Shown here: piece after piece, positions 8,453-17,186 of the stretch
Position numbering within the stretch: position 1 is the stretch's first letter
Layout: each line of letters starts with the position of its first letter
Origin: an uncultured Deinococcales bacterium
Lineage (GTDB): Bacteria > Deinococcota > Deinococci > Deinococcales > JAAFIG01
Assembly: GCA_964247135.1 (NCBI GenBank)
Contig: CAXTTL010000039.1
Coordinates: 1 to 26,811 of the forward strand
Direction: 5' to 3'
Length of the DNA: 26,811 bases
Made by a program: the position numbers and the translations under genes
Notes under the pieces: generated by a model
The model's input: the letters and a program-made list of their open reading frames with translations, nothing else
What the model was told of the DNA's origin: nothing
The model's database searches: none

Positions 8453-9016
8453 ATGTTAACGGTTTTGCTCGTGCGCCACGCCGAACCCGTGCTTCCAGGC
8501 ACAATCGGTTTTGATGAATTCAGCCGTCCTTTGACCGAAAAGGGCGCTCGAGATGCCAGTGCTCTGGCAAAAGCGTATGGATTTCTCGAGCTTGATGCGG
8601 TGTACTCCAGTTCGATGCGCCGCGCCGTGCAAACCGTTGAGGGTTTCGCAGAAGCTCGAGGTTTAGAAGTTGTGCCAATGCCCGAATTTCAGGAGCACCT
8701 GCTCTCTCCAGAACCCATTTCAAACTGGCGCGAAGTGCTCGAGCAAGCTTGGAATGACTTTGATTTTGCGCTGCCTGGAGCTGAAACGATGCGCGGAACC
8801 CAAGCTCGAGGATTCGAGGCGCTCAACCTTTTGGCAAAGCAACACTCGAAGGGAACAATTGTGATTGGTGGTCATGGCACGATTTTTTCGTTGATCTTAA
8901 ACAAAATTGAACCACGGGTTGATTGTGCTTTTCACCTGTCCATGCCGATGCCTGCCGTTTATACGCTCAAGTTTGATGGTTGGACTTGGGAGATTATTTC
9001 AGGTGCAGGATTCTAA
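8453..9016 (+). CDS. Histidine phosphatase (phosphoglycerate mutase-like) family protein
   Basis: LLVRHAE, RPLTEKG, YSSSMRRAVQT, PGAET and GHG motifs. Confidence 0.9.
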   Translation: MLTVLLVRHAEPVLPGTIGFDEFSRPLTEKGARDASALAKAYGFLELDAVYSSSMRRAVQTVEGFAEARGLEVVPMPEFQEHLLSPEPISNWREVLEQAWNDFDFALPGAETMRGTQARGFEALNLLAKQHSKGTIVIGGHGTIFSLILNKIEPRVDCAFHLSMPMPAVYTLKFDGWTWEIISGAGF

Positions 9017-9042
9017 ACCTCTCGAGCGGTTAAACTACCCAA

Positions 9043-9537
9043 GTGATTTACCGCATCCCCCAAGAGGCTGACTTCCCAGCCATGCAAGCGCTCGACCTCG
9101 AGTTGTTGCTGCTCGAGCAACCCAAATTTTTGGAATCCAGCCCCAAAGACCGCGAACCGCACTTGCGCACCAGTTTGCCGAGCCTCAAATTTTACGCCCG
9201 CTCAGAACACAGTTTTGCTGCTATCGATGACCCTAACCTCGAGCCAACCCTGGTGCTTGGGTTTATCTTGGCGCAAAGCGTTTGGATGGGCGATAAAGCC
9301 ATCGTTTATATCTCAAGCCTTCGCGTTCACCATGACGCACCTGCTGGAACGCTGGCAGGATTGCTTCATGCCGTGACCAAAAGTGCTTATGACGGTGCGG
9401 TGTACGAACTTCACCTGGCAAGCGACAAGCACCTCGAGCCGTTTGCCCTTAAAGAAGGTTATCTGGACACGGGGTTCAAACGCATGGTGCGGATTTTAGG
9501 CTCGAGAGGCACAGGTGCAGGAGAGGGCGAGGCTTAA
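9043..9537 (+). CDS. DUF1999-like (GNAT-fold) Deinococcus-Thermus protein
   Basis: FYARSEHSFAA, GFILAQSVWMGD and KSAYDGAVYE motifs recalled for this family; GTG start 6 nt after TAAACT. Confidence 0.7.
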   Translation: MIYRIPQEADFPAMQALDLELLLLEQPKFLESSPKDREPHLRTSLPSLKFYARSEHSFAAIDDPNLEPTLVLGFILAQSVWMGDKAIVYISSLRVHHDAPAGTLAGLLHAVTKSAYDGAVYELHLASDKHLEPFALKEGYLDTGFKRMVRILGSRGTGAGEGEA

Positions 9538-9588
9538 ACTTGGGGCTGCATCGCTGTAAACCCTCGCTCGAGAGCGCAAACTAAACCC

Positions 9589-10215
9589 GTGAACACCCTC
9601 ATTTTTGGCGCAACCGGCGGCATCGGTGCTAGCCTCGCACGAATTCTTCCAGCGCCACTAATTCTTGCCGCCAGAAATTCCAAGAAACTGCGCGAACTCG
9701 AGCTTGAAACGGGCGCTTACGCCGTGCCAACCGATGTTTGCAACGAACTCCAACTTGATGCTCTGGCGCAAGAGATACCTGCTCGAGGTGGTTTAAAAGT
9801 GTTGATTTACGCCGTGGGTGACATTGCTCCCGCCAGCATTCTCGAGTCGAGCGCCCAAGACTTGGAGCGCGTCTGGCGTGCCAATGTTTTGGGGGCGCAA
9901 CTGGTTTTAAAACATTTCTCGCCCTTGCTCGAATCGAATGCTCGGGTGTACTTGCTTGGTGCAAAACAAGAGTTGGTGAGTTTCAAAAACTTTTCTGGGT
10001 ACGCCGCCAGCAAAGCCGCCTTGGACAGCCTTGCCGCCATTGCCAGGCTCGAGTTTCAGTGTGTTGTGACGGTGGTGAAACCACCAGCCGTGAACACCGA
10101 TTTCTGGCAGAAGTTGGGTGCTCGAGCGCCGCGCAACGCGATCAGCCCCGAGGCTGTGGCACAGGCGATAGCTTTGGATTTGGCGCAAGAATCCAAACTT
10201 GAGTTGCGGCTTTAA
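9589..10215 (+). CDS. Short-chain dehydrogenase/reductase
   Basis: GATGGIG Rossmann motif and YAASK catalytic motif. Confidence 0.9.
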   Translation: MNTLIFGATGGIGASLARILPAPLILAARNSKKLRELELETGAYAVPTDVCNELQLDALAQEIPARGGLKVLIYAVGDIAPASILESSAQDLERVWRANVLGAQLVLKHFSPLLESNARVYLLGAKQELVSFKNFSGYAASKAALDSLAAIARLEFQCVVTVVKPPAVNTDFWQKLGARAPRNAISPEAVAQAIALDLAQESKLELRL

Positions 10216-10216
10216 A

Positions 10217-10245
10217 ATAAAAACCCTGCTCGAGACAGGGTTTTA
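10217..10245. terminator. Bidirectional terminator between SDR gene and tRNA, with CTCGAG in the loop
   Basis: aaaaccctg-ctcgaga-cagggtttt (10220-10244). Confidence 0.7.
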
Positions 10246-10322
10246 TGGTGCGCACGACGGGGATCGAACCTGTGACCTCAGCCTTAGGAGTGCCGCGCTC
10301 TATCCAACTGAGCTACGTGCGC
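10246..10322 (-). tRNA. tRNA-Arg(CCU)
   Basis: Reverse complement GCGCACG TA GCTC AGTTGGATA GAGC G CGGCA CTCCTAA GGCTG AGGTC ACAGG TTCGATC CCCGT CGTGCGC A CCA; 77 nt, encoded CCA, upstream -10 TACACT at 10333-10338. Confidence 0.9.
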
Positions 10323-10434
10323 AGGGCTTTTTAGTGTAGCACTCGAGTTGGTTGTACTCAAGTGGAAAGCTTGAATGAGAGTTTCCCAAATTGCAGTGGT
10401 GCTATCTTGTAAAGGACGAGTTGAAAGGAGTTTT

Positions 10435-11223
10435 ATGCGGATCAAACATTTTCTTTTTGGCGGTGCAATGGCGGTTTCGCTGTTCGCGTGCGCTCCAGCG
10501 ACGCGCTACGAGGCGGATGGCGCATTTTCCTCGGAACCCGCGTTTTCGCAGGTGGTACGACCTGAACCAGTGACCAGCAAACCACCAATCAGTACCATTA
10601 AACCAGACACCACGCCGGTCAATACGAATCCAGCACCGGTTACACAGGGTACAACCGTGGTGGTTCAGCCAGTGGTCACGCCAACACCCGTGGCAACCCC
10701 CGCCGAACCAGATGCGCCAGATGAAGTTGTGGTTGGTGACGCCCCAGCCGCCAACGCTGGTGGCGGTGCAGGTGTCAACGTATTACCCGAATCGTACACG
10801 GCAACAACTGGCAACAATACCTATATTGACGATACCGGCAAGCAACTGATCGACAACCAAATTGGCAGTGACCGCTTTAACGCCAAAATTTTTGGCACAC
10901 CAGGTTTTGAATGGGTTGGCTGGTCGCGTCAAAACGTGTCCATGAATTTTAAATTTGCCTCTGAGCGCAAATTTACCAAAGTCAAAATTGGTTTCAATTA
11001 CAACTCTGGGGCGGGTATTTTACTGCCATTAAAAGTGACGATCAATGGCAAGTCTTTTGATTTAAAGGGCACAGAACTCAAACGCAACTCTCGAGGATTC
11101 TTGGTCTTCAATGTTGCATTTACTTCCAACCAGATCACCATTGATCTCGAGCGCAACCCAGCCCGTCAATGGATTTTGGTGGATGAAGTGAAATTTGTGG
11201 CGGTTCAACAAAACACGATGTAA
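10435..11223 (+). CDS. Lipoprotein with Pro/Thr-rich linker and C-terminal discoidin/galactose-binding-like beta-sandwich
   Basis: RBS aaggag then ATG 10435; lipobox SLFAC; P/T/V-rich stalk; C-terminal WVGW...FKF..ERKF.KVKI...WILVDEVKF. Confidence 0.75.
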   Translation: MRIKHFLFGGAMAVSLFACAPATRYEADGAFSSEPAFSQVVRPEPVTSKPPISTIKPDTTPVNTNPAPVTQGTTVVVQPVVTPTPVATPAEPDAPDEVVVGDAPAANAGGGAGVNVLPESYTATTGNNTYIDDTGKQLIDNQIGSDRFNAKIFGTPGFEWVGWSRQNVSMNFKFASERKFTKVKIGFNYNSGAGILLPLKVTINGKSFDLKGTELKRNSRGFLVFNVAFTSNQITIDLERNPARQWILVDEVKFVAVQQNTM

Positions 11224-11252
11224 TGCTGCAAAAAAGATATCAATACACGGTG

Positions 11253-11280
11253 GTAGGGGCGCTGCTTGCTGCGCCCCTAC
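11253..11280. repeat. GTAG-type REP-like palindrome
   Basis: GTAGGGGCGC-tgcttgct-GCGCCCCTAC, a perfect 10-bp IR overlapping the stop codon of the convergent gene. Confidence 0.7.
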
Positions 11281-12386
11281 TTGTCTGGTGGGTCCACCAG
11301 CGGGTCGAGCGCCTCTTCGTTTTGAATGAAGGCTTTCTCGAGCTTTAAAGTTGGCAGGAAACTTGCCAGCACGCCCACCGCGTCTTTCCAATGCCAGTCG
11401 AGCGTGACATACTTCCCAGAATTTAAGACCGCATACGAGTAACGCCCTGCCATGCTCTGCTCGAGTCTGGTGCGCAAAAGGCGTTGAGCGCCAATCGGGT
11501 TGGTCACGTCGTACCGCGCGGCAATCTGCAACAAGGGCAATCTGGCGTTCTCGAGTTTGGTCCAATCATCCTCGAGAAATGCCAGTTTGTTAAAGTAAAC
11601 GTCTTGCAGTACAGGTTTAAACTCGAATGGGACTTTTTGTTTGCCGTACAGTTCAAAATACTTTTTGCCCTCAGATTTTTGGGCGAAGCCATTGGCGAAA
11701 TTGTCGTTCCAAAATGCTTGGTTGGCGTCTTTTTTGCTGTAGATATCGCGGTAAATAAAATCGCCAACTGTTCTGGCTAGCCATGCTTGGTGCTCGTTGC
11801 GTTCTCTTGGAACAAATGGCGCGATCAAGACCAGCCCCTCGAGCCAATCGGGGTGCTCGTTTGCCAGTTTTAACGCCAGCAACGATCCCAAGCCCGAACC
11901 GACCAGCACGACCTTTTCTTTTTTGGAATCTCGACGTGCGGCAATCAACGCGTCTCGAGCGTCCTGCAAGTAATCGTTGGTGCTGACACTGCCAAAGTTC
12001 ACTCCGCTTGGCGCTTGCACCGTTTCAGCGCCCGTCATGCCACGGTATGAGACGCCATACAGGTTAAAGGATTCTTTCATCGCGCCTATGACTTTTTCAA
12101 ACATCCACGCGCCCGTGCCGCTGTCGGGCAGCATCACCAGTGTCCGACCAGCACCAGCGGCGTGATACAACGCTGCCTTCCCTGCCCGCAGTACAGGGTA
12201 ACTCGAGATCGGGGCAATCTTGGTGTCGTCCACCAAACGTTCGCTGCGTTTGCGTTCGTTGAAATTGGGTTCGACCACGGGCGGTTGCAAAATAATCAAT
12301 TGAAAAAACACGTAAAACACGCCAGCTACCAGGGCTGCCAGCAGCACGCTCGGAAAAATCCACCATCGTTTCACATCCCCGAGCAT
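11277..12386 (-). CDS. Membrane-anchored alpha/beta-hydrolase-fold protein with non-canonical catalytic residues
   Basis: N-terminal TM helix; SYRGMTG, DYLQD, VVLVGSGLGSLLALKLA..HPDWLEGLVLIAP and PLLQIAARYD follow the abhydrolase pattern. Confidence 0.8.
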   Translation of the reverse strand: MLGDVKRWWIFPSVLLAALVAGVFYVFFQLIILQPPVVEPNFNERKRSERLVDDTKIAPISSYPVLRAGKAALYHAAGAGRTLVMLPDSGTGAWMFEKVIGAMKESFNLYGVSYRGMTGAETVQAPSGVNFGSVSTNDYLQDARDALIAARRDSKKEKVVLVGSGLGSLLALKLANEHPDWLEGLVLIAPFVPRERNEHQAWLARTVGDFIYRDIYSKKDANQAFWNDNFANGFAQKSEGKKYFELYGKQKVPFEFKPVLQDVYFNKLAFLEDDWTKLENARLPLLQIAARYDVTNPIGAQRLLRTRLEQSMAGRYSYAVLNSGKYVTLDWHWKDAVGVLASFLPTLKLEKAFIQNEEALDPLVDPPDK

Positions 12387-12419
12387 AAGGCTTTGGGCGG
12401 GGACGATTGGCTCGAGAAG

Positions 12420-13199
12420 TCAATTTTGGATAATCCCCAGCATCGCGTCATGAATCAAGCCGTTGCTGGCAACAATTTTCTTGTCGTCATACAGGTAGGT
12501 TTCCCCTGTAAAGCTCGAGACCCGTCCGCCCGCCTCCTCGATCATCAATATGCCGGCGGCACAATCCCAGGCGTTCAGTTTGTACTCGAAAAAACCGTCG
12601 ATTCGTCCGCAGGCAATGTATGCCAAATCGAGTGCCGCCGCGCCAGGGCGACGCACGGGCAAGCCGAGCGCCAGGAACTTCTTAAAAATTTCGACGCTGA
12701 CAAGTGCCGCCTGGGTGTCATAGGGAAAACCTGTGGCGAGCATGGCGCGACCACTGAGCTGCGCGATGCTCGAGACCTTGATCGGCTTGCCATTCAAAAA
12801 TACGCCGCCGCCCCGAACGCCCGTAAAAACCTCATGACGGTTTGGGTCATGAATCACACCCACGGCACGCACGCCGTCGATCTCGAGCGCAATCGAAACG
12901 CAAAAAAATGGGAAACCGTGCGCGTAATTGACCGTGCCATCGAGCGGATCGACAATCCACTCGTAAGAACCCGTGCCAACACTGCCGCCCTCTTCACCCA
13001 AAATGCTGTGATCGGGGTGCGCCGCCAGAATGATTTTGCGAATGGTCTCCTCGCAGGCTTTATCGACCACCGTGACCAAATCGGAATCATTTGATTTGCT
13101 TTCGATCCCCAAATCTCCACCCAAATGCTCGAGTTGAATCTCGGCGGCGGCGGCGGCGGCTTTCAGGGCGGTTTGTAAGTACAGCTCTAGGTTATTCAC
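12420..13199 (-). CDS. suhB: Inositol monophosphatase family protein SuhB
   Basis: DLVTVVD, ILGEE, WIVDPLDGTVNYAHG, RRPGAAALDLAYIACGRIDGF and WDCAAG. Confidence 0.93.
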   Translation of the reverse strand: MNNLELYLQTALKAAAAAAEIQLEHLGGDLGIESKSNDSDLVTVVDKACEETIRKIILAAHPDHSILGEEGGSVGTGSYEWIVDPLDGTVNYAHGFPFFCVSIALEIDGVRAVGVIHDPNRHEVFTGVRGGGVFLNGKPIKVSSIAQLSGRAMLATGFPYDTQAALVSVEIFKKFLALGLPVRRPGAAALDLAYIACGRIDGFFEYKLNAWDCAAGILMIEEAGGRVSSFTGETYLYDDKKIVASNGLIHDAMLGIIQN

Positions 13200-13231
13200 G
13201 CCCCCGAGTTTACCGCGCTTTGGTCAGGTAT

Positions 13232-13264
13232 AAAAAAGACCTCGAGATCATGCTCGAGGTCTTT
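13232..13264 (-). terminator. Terminator of subtilase 2 with CTCGAG in both arms
   Basis: aaagacctcgag-atcatg-ctcgaggtcttt (13235-13264); the A-run at 13232-13237 gives a U-tail on the minus strand. Confidence 0.8.
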
Positions 13265-13280
13265 GGTTTTGGCGAATTGT

Positions 13281-15044
13281 TTATTGTGTGGCAAAGACCA
13301 TCGCATCGTCAACGTAAGCCGTGCCCGCAGTGGTTCCCCAGAAATCGGCGTAAACAATGGCGCTGGTGTGGGTGGCATCGGTGGTGAAACGGGTCGAGAC
13401 CAAAGTGTACGTGCTTGGACTGTAAAGAGCACTATGGGACAAAGCGCCCATCACAAGATCAGATGTGAAATTGTAAGCACCAATCGAAACGTAGCGATTT
13501 GGGGTTGAGGTTTTGACCCAAGCCAGGTAGGTGTACGTGGTGTTTGGCAAGAGTCCGGTCAAGGTACTGGTCGCATTCTGGTCAGTTGCCGAATTCAGCA
13601 TCAAGGCACGGCTTCCGCTTCTGGCATCGGAGCTGATAATGCTCGAGTTTGTCAAATTCCAGGCGCTGCTTGGAATGGTTTCAAAACCAGGGTTTCCAAG
13701 CAAGTTGATTTGGGTGTTGGGTATTGCAAACTTTGGCAGTTTTAAGATAAAACGTTGAATTTCGAGACCACCCTTGCCATGCCCCCAAATTGGACTGGTT
13801 TGATTGGCGTAAAGTTCAGTCCAAATACGGTCTGTCTCGAGGCTGCTGCCAAACGCCGCACCCAGTTGAGGGCGGTCGGCAACATTCGCCAGTTCTGACA
13901 TTGCCAAGGCAAATGCGCCAGTCACCAGCGGTGTGGAGAAGGAAGTGCCAGTGGCATAGGTGACGCGGTTGCTCGGGTACAAGGTATAGACCTTTTCACC
14001 TGGCGCAAAGGCGTAAACCCCTTCGCCTCGAGCGCTGAAGCTCGAGATGGCGTCCTTGTCATCAATGCTGCCAATGCCGAATAGGTAGCCTGACATTGAA
14101 TCCTGCAACGAGTCTTTGGCTGGGTAATCTGCATCTTTACCATTGTTGCCGGCGGCAGCAATCACATAAACACCTTTGGTTTTGGCGTAGGCAATTTCTT
14201 GATTCAAAGAAAGATTGGTTTTCACAGAACCAAGTGAAAGGTTAATAATTTGCACTCCGTTAAGAATTGCGTAATCGATGGCTTTGACGACATCGTCAAG
14301 GTTGCCTTTGCCTGTGGGACTCAGCACCCGAAGCGGCAAAATGGTGACTTTGGGCGCAATTTGCAAAATGATTCCGCTGACCGCCGTGCCATGACCATAG
14401 GCTTTCGCCGAGTTTCCATTGATGCCTGGATCATCGTTTGGCACGGTATCATTGTCTATATAGTCGCGCCATTCGCTGCTTGGCGCGAGGTTGTTGATCA
14501 AAGCTGGGTGGCTGAGGTCTACACCGGTATCAATGACAGCCACTTTAATGCCTGCACCAAAATTTTTGGCAATGCTATGGGCTTGGGGCAAACCGATTCG
14601 TTTAAACATGTCACTGTTTTGAACGGGCAGATTTGGAATGGTCGAACCGCTGCCCAATGTGGTCCAACCACTCGCCCAGGTGGCGCTGCCACTTGCCCAC
14701 ATGTTGCTGCCACTTGCCCAGGTGGAGGTGCCCAACGCCTCTGCCTCTTCAGGGTTTGCCAGCGCGTCGATGTTGTCGCTGACACTGCGAACCTCATAAC
14801 CTTGGGTCGATTGGTTGGTGCTGACAATGGCAAAACCAGCCTCTGGATGAAAGGCATTGACCCGTCCTTGGTAGCGTTGCTCGAGTGAAGCGACGGTGTC
14901 GGTCGTGGTCAAATTAACGCTGATCACGTATTTGGCTGCTTCATTTAAATTGGTTGTAATTTCAGGTTGCGTTCCGCATGAACTCAATAACCCTGTCAGC
15001 AGGGCAAAACCAAAAATTGTTGGAACTTTGAGTTGAGGGTTCAT
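13281..15044 (-). CDS. S8 subtilisin-like serine protease lipoprotein (subtilase 2) with heptapeptide repeats and C-terminal CBM4/9-like domain
   Basis: Lipobox LLSSC; VAVIDTG, HGTAVSG, AAGN, GTSFSTP; C-terminal NLLGNPGFE...W...LLPNTTYTYLAWVK...YVDD typical of CBM_4_9-like modules. Confidence 0.92.
   Translation of the reverse strand: MNPQLKVPTIFGFALLTGLLSSCGTQPEITTNLNEAAKYVISVNLTTTDTVASLEQRYQGRVNAFHPEAGFAIVSTNQSTQGYEVRSVSDNIDALANPEEAEALGTSTWASGSNMWASGSATWASGWTTLGSGSTIPNLPVQNSDMFKRIGLPQAHSIAKNFGAGIKVAVIDTGVDLSHPALINNLAPSSEWRDYIDNDTVPNDDPGINGNSAKAYGHGTAVSGIILQIAPKVTILPLRVLSPTGKGNLDDVVKAIDYAILNGVQIINLSLGSVKTNLSLNQEIAYAKTKGVYVIAAAGNNGKDADYPAKDSLQDSMSGYLFGIGSIDDKDAISSFSARGEGVYAFAPGEKVYTLYPSNRVTYATGTSFSTPLVTGAFALAMSELANVADRPQLGAAFGSSLETDRIWTELYANQTSPIWGHGKGGLEIQRFILKLPKFAIPNTQINLLGNPGFETIPSSAWNLTNSSIISSDARSGSRALMLNSATDQNATSTLTGLLPNTTYTYLAWVKTSTPNRYVSIGAYNFTSDLVMGALSHSALYSPSTYTLVSTRFTTDATHTSAIVYADFWGTTAGTAYVDDAMVFATQ
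14649..14732 (-). repeat. Four tandem 21-bp coding repeats: GTSTWAS GSNMWAS GSATWAS GWTTLGS
   Basis: Residues 105-132 of subtilase 2, at the same position relative to the catalytic domain as the repeats in subtilase 1. Confidence 0.9.
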
Positions 15045-15308
15045 CTTAAATTGGATTTTAAACAGATCACTCTTACAAAAATCTGACAGACAAACAGCCT
15101 AAAATGTTGTCGAGCAAAGGTATTTTTGTATTTCTTAGCGATTGTAAAGCTTGGTTTAGTGATACCCAAACACAATTCTTTACCAGACCAAGTAAGGTCT
15201 CGAGCTTTGACTTTAAGGGCTTGTGTGACGTCAGTTTGGCTTTGAAATAAGACAAGACCCGATCAATCCGAGACTTGAAAACCCAATCATCTCGAGATTT
15301 GCCTCATC

Positions 15309-15344
15309 AAAAAGTACCGCTCGAGAAACTTTCTCGAGCGGTAC
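15309..15344 (-). terminator. Terminator of the GGDEF gene with CTCGAG in both arms
   Basis: gtaccgctcgagaaa-c-tttctcgagcggtac (15314-15344) with an A-run at 15309-15313. Confidence 0.8.
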
Positions 15345-15364
15345 AATCGAGGCTTTTAAAAGAC

Positions 15365-17047
15365 CTAAGCCTTGACCTTGTTTTTGCCATCATTTTTGGC
15401 TTCGTACATTCTGGCATCGGCAAGTGAAAGAAGCTTTTCAAAATCGGGTAGGCTCAGATCATCGGCTACGCCAATACTGACCGTCACCTTTAAACCTTTT
15501 GCAATCCGCGCCCAATCGTGACTTTCGATTTGCTGCCTTAAGTGCTCAGCGATGCCGTGGGCGGTTTGGGCGGTGGTTTTGGGCATGACCACCACAAACT
15601 CTTCACCCCCGTAACGGGCGGCAATGTCGGTGGTACGAATGTGGGTGCGGGTCAAATCGGTGATTTCGGTTAACACCAAATCGCCAACATGATGCGAAAA
15701 CGTGTCATTGATGCGTTTAAAGTCGTCCGCATCGAACAGCAGCACGGTCAAGGGTTCTTGACTGGATTTGGCTTCACGAAACTCCGTCTCGAGCGTGTTT
15801 TCCAGATGACGACGGTTGTACAAGCCCGTCAGCGGGTCGCGCATGGCGAGAATCTCGAGTTCTCTGGCTTGAATCTCGAGCGTCTCCAATAAATTGGCTT
15901 TCTCGAGGTTGGCTTCCTCGAGCGCCTCGAGCGCCTGAGCAAGTTCGACGTTTCGCAGGCGCTGAATTTCGGATTCGGTGCGCAACTTTTCGACCTCGTG
16001 CTGGGCGCTGAAAACCCGCAAGCGCTGCTCCATGTTTTCATCTTTCATGATCCGTTCAAGATCAAAAAAGCGTTTGAAATACAGCAAAGCCTGGTCAAAA
16101 TGCCCCGAGCGCTCAAACGCATCCGAAAGGGTGCGCTGTATTTTGGCTTCGAGCGGACGCAAACCCAGACTTTGGGCTTTTTCAAGGGCTTGACGCAGGG
16201 TTTCAAAGGCTTGACTCGAATTTCCGGTGGCAAACTCGATGATGCCTTTTTGCCACAAGCAATCGACAATTTTTTCGCGCTTGCCCGAATTCTCGAGCAA
16301 GATCAGGGCTTGATCTAAAGTCTCGAGTGCCTCATCAAAGCGTTTTAAAAATCCCAACGATTCGCCCAAATTGATCAGGTTGATCGCCTTAAAATCGCTC
16401 AAACCATGAATTTCGCACAACTCGAGGGCTTGGCGCAGGGTGCGTTCAGCCTCATCGTAACGTGACAAGCTGGCAAAACTCGATCCCATATTGCCCAGAA
16501 TCGTGGTCTCACGGATTTCATCGTGTAAAGCCCGAGCGCGCTCCAAAGCCTCATTATAGACCACCAGCGATTCCTCGTCGCGTTCGAGCTGATTGTACAG
16601 AACACCAGAATTGATCAGGCTGACCAACAAACCCTGGGTATCATTCATCAGACGGTTGAGTTCGTGGGTGCGTTGCAAATACTGGACCGCCGAATCAAGA
16701 TCACCGATGGATGCCGAAACGGCTGCCAAAAAATTCAGGCAATCGCGTTCGAGTTGTGAATTTTCGAGTTCCAAGCCAATCTCAAGACCTTCACTCAGAA
16801 TGCTAAAGGCAGCCGTGTGATCCGCGCTCGAGTAGGCACAAAATCCCAAGCCGCGCAAGGCAAATCCTCGACCCAGTTTAAAATTGATCTGATCGGCTTT
16901 CTCAAGCGCCTGACGGCTTAATTCCAGACAACGACTGCGGTCGGTCAAACGCAATTCCCACGCTTGCTCATTTAATAATGTCACTTCCTCGAGCAAGCCG
17001 CTCGAAGTGTAGGCATCGTGAAATGTGCTCAAATCAATCGTGCTCAT
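15365..17047 (-). CDS. TPR-repeat diguanylate cyclase (GGDEF)
   Basis: TPR-like repeats, coiled-coil linker, then DPLTGLYNRR, DADDFKRINDTFSHHVGD, I-site RTTD and A-site RYGGEEF; no TM segment. Confidence 0.93.
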   Translation of the reverse strand: MSTIDLSTFHDAYTSSGLLEEVTLLNEQAWELRLTDRSRCLELSRQALEKADQINFKLGRGFALRGLGFCAYSSADHTAAFSILSEGLEIGLELENSQLERDCLNFLAAVSASIGDLDSAVQYLQRTHELNRLMNDTQGLLVSLINSGVLYNQLERDEESLVVYNEALERARALHDEIRETTILGNMGSSFASLSRYDEAERTLRQALELCEIHGLSDFKAINLINLGESLGFLKRFDEALETLDQALILLENSGKREKIVDCLWQKGIIEFATGNSSQAFETLRQALEKAQSLGLRPLEAKIQRTLSDAFERSGHFDQALLYFKRFFDLERIMKDENMEQRLRVFSAQHEVEKLRTESEIQRLRNVELAQALEALEEANLEKANLLETLEIQARELEILAMRDPLTGLYNRRHLENTLETEFREAKSSQEPLTVLLFDADDFKRINDTFSHHVGDLVLTEITDLTRTHIRTTDIAARYGGEEFVVVMPKTTAQTAHGIAEHLRQQIESHDWARIAKGLKVTVSIGVADDLSLPDFEKLLSLADARMYEAKNDGKNKVKA

Positions 17048-17186
17048 CGAAAATTTATCCTAACCGCACTCACCCTTAAAGATGATGTTACTTCAAAACG
17101 GTCGCTTCAATCCCAAAAAATCGACATTGCACTTGAGAGCATACTGTCACACGCTTGCAGCACCCTGAGGCAGACTGGGTTTTAAG

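Noticed and set aside
10246-11223. tRNA as integration site of a genomic island
   Set aside because: No integrase and no duplicated tRNA 3' end seen in the window.
12162-13094. 310-aa + strand ORF
   Set aside because: Antisense to suhB and the hydrolase-fold gene; no family features.
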